Below are positions 30,167 to 30,344 of a stretch of 30,344 nucleotides of DNA, piece after piece. The stretch comes from Polyangiaceae bacterium (GTDB taxonomy: Bacteria > Myxococcota_A > Polyangia > Polyangiales > Polyangiaceae), in assembly GCA_035496495.1 (NCBI GenBank), contig DATJEQ010000307.1, positions 1-30,344 of the forward strand. Direction: 5' to 3'. A model generated the notes under the pieces. The model searched no databases, had not been told where the DNA came from, and saw only the letters and a program-made list of their open reading frames with translations. Position 1 is the first letter of the stretch, and every line of letters starts with the position of its first letter. The position numbers were made by a program, and so were the translations under genes.

Positions 30167-30284
30167 GTGACCATTTTCGGCCTCGGGCTGCGGGTGGCGC
30201 CACCTCTCACCGATTTCGCCACCTTTGGGGCGGCGAAATGGCCGCTGAAAGCAGCTGGCAGAGAAGCTGCACTCGCGCGCGGCT

Positions 30285-30344
30285 GTGCGTGTCGATCCAT
30301 TGCTCGTGATTGCGACGGCGCTGGCAGCCGGTGCCTATGCGTCG
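30285..30344 (+). CDS. Possible 5' end of a membrane protein running off the window
   Basis: GTG 30285 opens MRVDPLLVIATALAAGAYAS, which is hydrophobic and open to the window edge. It is too short to identify. Confidence 0.3.
   Translation, partial: MRVDPLLVIATALAAGAYAS

Overview
Core-chromosome window from a GC-rich bacterium, most likely a myxobacterium (Myxococcota, Polyangia-like; inferred from the gene content and the Cys-rich lipoprotein/OMP genes, not from a database search). It contains about 24 CDS: a partial coiled-coil protein, MFS transporter, acyl-CoA carboxylase beta subunit, KamA radical SAM, parvulin lipoprotein, pyrH, ccmF with two accessory genes, dnaN-recF-gyrB, clpB, site-2 protease, a ligA-FAH-FGE-cinA run, a UbiA-type phosphoribosyltransferase with a CPBP protease, tlyA, an outer-membrane barrel and a Cys-rich lipoprotein. 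I saw no tRNA, rRNA, CRISPR array or mobile element. The best unannotated signals are: (1) a replication-origin-like unwinding module (tandem DnaA boxes, GC patch, six DnaA-trios, AT-rich run) upstream of dnaN with no dnaA next to it; (2) a ~208-nt rod-folding element with a central bubble between pccB and kamA, shaped like 6S RNA; (3) a bipartite motif AATCCCC-N13-AAAAACCCYTTTAA shared by the origin region and the gyrB upstream region; (4) an atypical cytochrome c maturation module, with a Cys-free CcmF tail and two CcmI/SHOCT-like proteins. All folds, promoters and motifs were read by eye and none was computed.
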